46,729 nt of DNA, taken from contig CAZOPU010000001.1 in assembly GCA_964581965.1 (NCBI GenBank), forward strand, positions 1-46,729, in the 5' to 3' direction. Made by a program: the position numbers and the translations under genes. The notes under the pieces were generated by a model. That model searched no databases and had not been told where the DNA came from. It saw only the letters and a list, made by a program, of their open reading frames with translations. The number at the start of each line of letters is the position of its first letter. The stretch's first letter is position 1. The DNA is from an uncultured Methanosarcinales archaeon (GTDB lineage Archaea; Nanobdellota; Nanobdellia; Woesearchaeales; 21-14-0-10-32-9). Below, piece after piece: positions 46,008 to 46,729 of the stretch.

Positions 46008-46577
46008 ATGGAAGATGGATATAAAATATTATTTATAGTATTGGCAATTATTGTGGTCTTTCTTATTATATACATAATTTCAGTATTCAATAGCCTTGTT
46101 TCTTTGAAGAATAATATTAGGAAAGCATGGGCTAATATAGACGTTCTCCTAAAGCAGAGATACGATGAAATACCTAACATTGTGGAAACTGTAAAAGGAT
46201 ATATGAAGCATGAAAAGAAAACTCTTGAGTCTCTGACTGCAATGCGTACAACAATGATGAAGTCATCATCAAAGGAAGAAATGGCGAGGCTGAGCGATGA
46301 GATGAGTGGGAGTATAAAATCTTTGTTTGCTGTTGCTGAGAATTATCCAAAATTGCAGGCAAGCCAGAATTTTTTAAAGCTCCAGCAGAGAATCACAGCA
46401 TTAGAAAATGAAATAGCTGATAGAAGGGAATTCTACAATGACTATGTAAATATTTACAATACAAACATACAATCATTCCCGGATTTGATTGTTGCAAAAA
46501 TGTTCAAGTATACAAAAGAAGATCCTTTTGGCGCAAAATCAGACGAGAAAAAGAGTGTTATTGTAAAAACAGATTAA
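46008..46577 (+). CDS. lemA: LemA-family membrane protein (second copy)
   Basis: Same motif set as 43664-44224: FNSLVSLKNNIRKAWANIDVLLKQRYDEIPNIVETVKGY and [16 protein letters not shown]. Confidence 0.85.
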   Translation: MEDGYKILFIVLAIIVVFLIIYIISVFNSLVSLKNNIRKAWANIDVLLKQRYDEIPNIVETVKGYMKHEKKTLESLTAMRTTMMKSSSKEEMARLSDEMSGSIKSLFAVAENYPKLQASQNFLKLQQRITALENEIADRREFYNDYVNIYNTNIQSFPDLIVAKMFKYTKEDPFGAKSDEKKSVIVKTD

Positions 46578-46654
46578 TATCTTTTTATTATATGACTATT
46601 TTTAATTTCTTATATATTTTTATTATGTATCTGGCAGCTCTCAGAAAGAAAAAA

Positions 46655-46678
46655 GCCAGAGATTTTCTCTCTGGCTTT
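46655..46678. terminator. Hairpin plus T-tract between lemA (+) and tRNA (-)
   Basis: GCCAGAGA-TTTTC-TCTCTGGC followed by TTT. Archaeal termination usually needs only oligo-T, so the functional role is uncertain. Confidence 0.3.
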
Positions 46679-46686
46679 ACCGGTTG

Positions 46687-46729
46687 TAGCGGGGGTTGGA
46701 TTCGAACCAACGGCCTTTGGGTTATGAGC
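46687..46729 (-). tRNA. tRNA with CAU anticodon (Met or Ile2), truncated by the window edge
   Basis: The reverse complement gives ...GCUCAUAACCCAA-AGGCC-GUUGG-UUCGAAU-CCAAC-CCCCGCU-A. The 3' acceptor strand is identical to that of the initiator at 9425-9502. CCA is not encoded. The 5' half lies outside the window. Confidence 0.7.

Overview
This is a strongly AT-rich archaeal chromosomal window. The archaeal assignment rests on genes and RNAs recognisable by eye: proteasome-activating nucleotidase, archaeal-type TyrRS and AspRS, RNase HII, Dus, alpha-NAC, Sec61-beta, an HMf-type histone, a type-A RNase P RNA, an A1:U72 initiator tRNA-Met, tRNA-Ser(UGA) and a C/D box sRNA. Housekeeping genes are interleaved with many small secreted, lipobox or membrane proteins and one 15-kb gene. 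That mix resembles DPANN-like episymbiotic archaea, but this is inference; no search was run. Three things stand out. (1) A translationally coupled cassette at 26577-43311 consists of a small Tfx/sigma70-region-4-like HTH gene, a 5014-aa secreted giant protein, a membrane-anchored Ig-like partner and a second copy of the HTH gene. The giant protein contains an acidic spacer, an intact S8 subtilase, two LamG domains, seven beta-helix modules and FN3/Ig-like domains, and carries very many N-glycosylation sequons. (2) A dispersed family of ~57-nt GC-rich elements (conserved core AACCAGTAYGCCCGT plus a hairpin) lies at the 3' ends of unrelated genes: tRNA-iMet, RNase P RNA, nac and a hypothetical gene. 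Each of these four is flanked by a 22-44-nt direct duplication of that gene's 3' end. A fifth, solo copy abuts the glgP stop codon, and the tRNA-Ser gene is surrounded by nested fragments of itself. (3) Several paralogous gene pairs of unknown function sit in operons: MinD plus two paralogues, a tandem DUF1653-like pair plus a 339-aa protein, and 21878-22799. All functional calls are motif recognition from the translations. No database search, folding or alignment program could be run.
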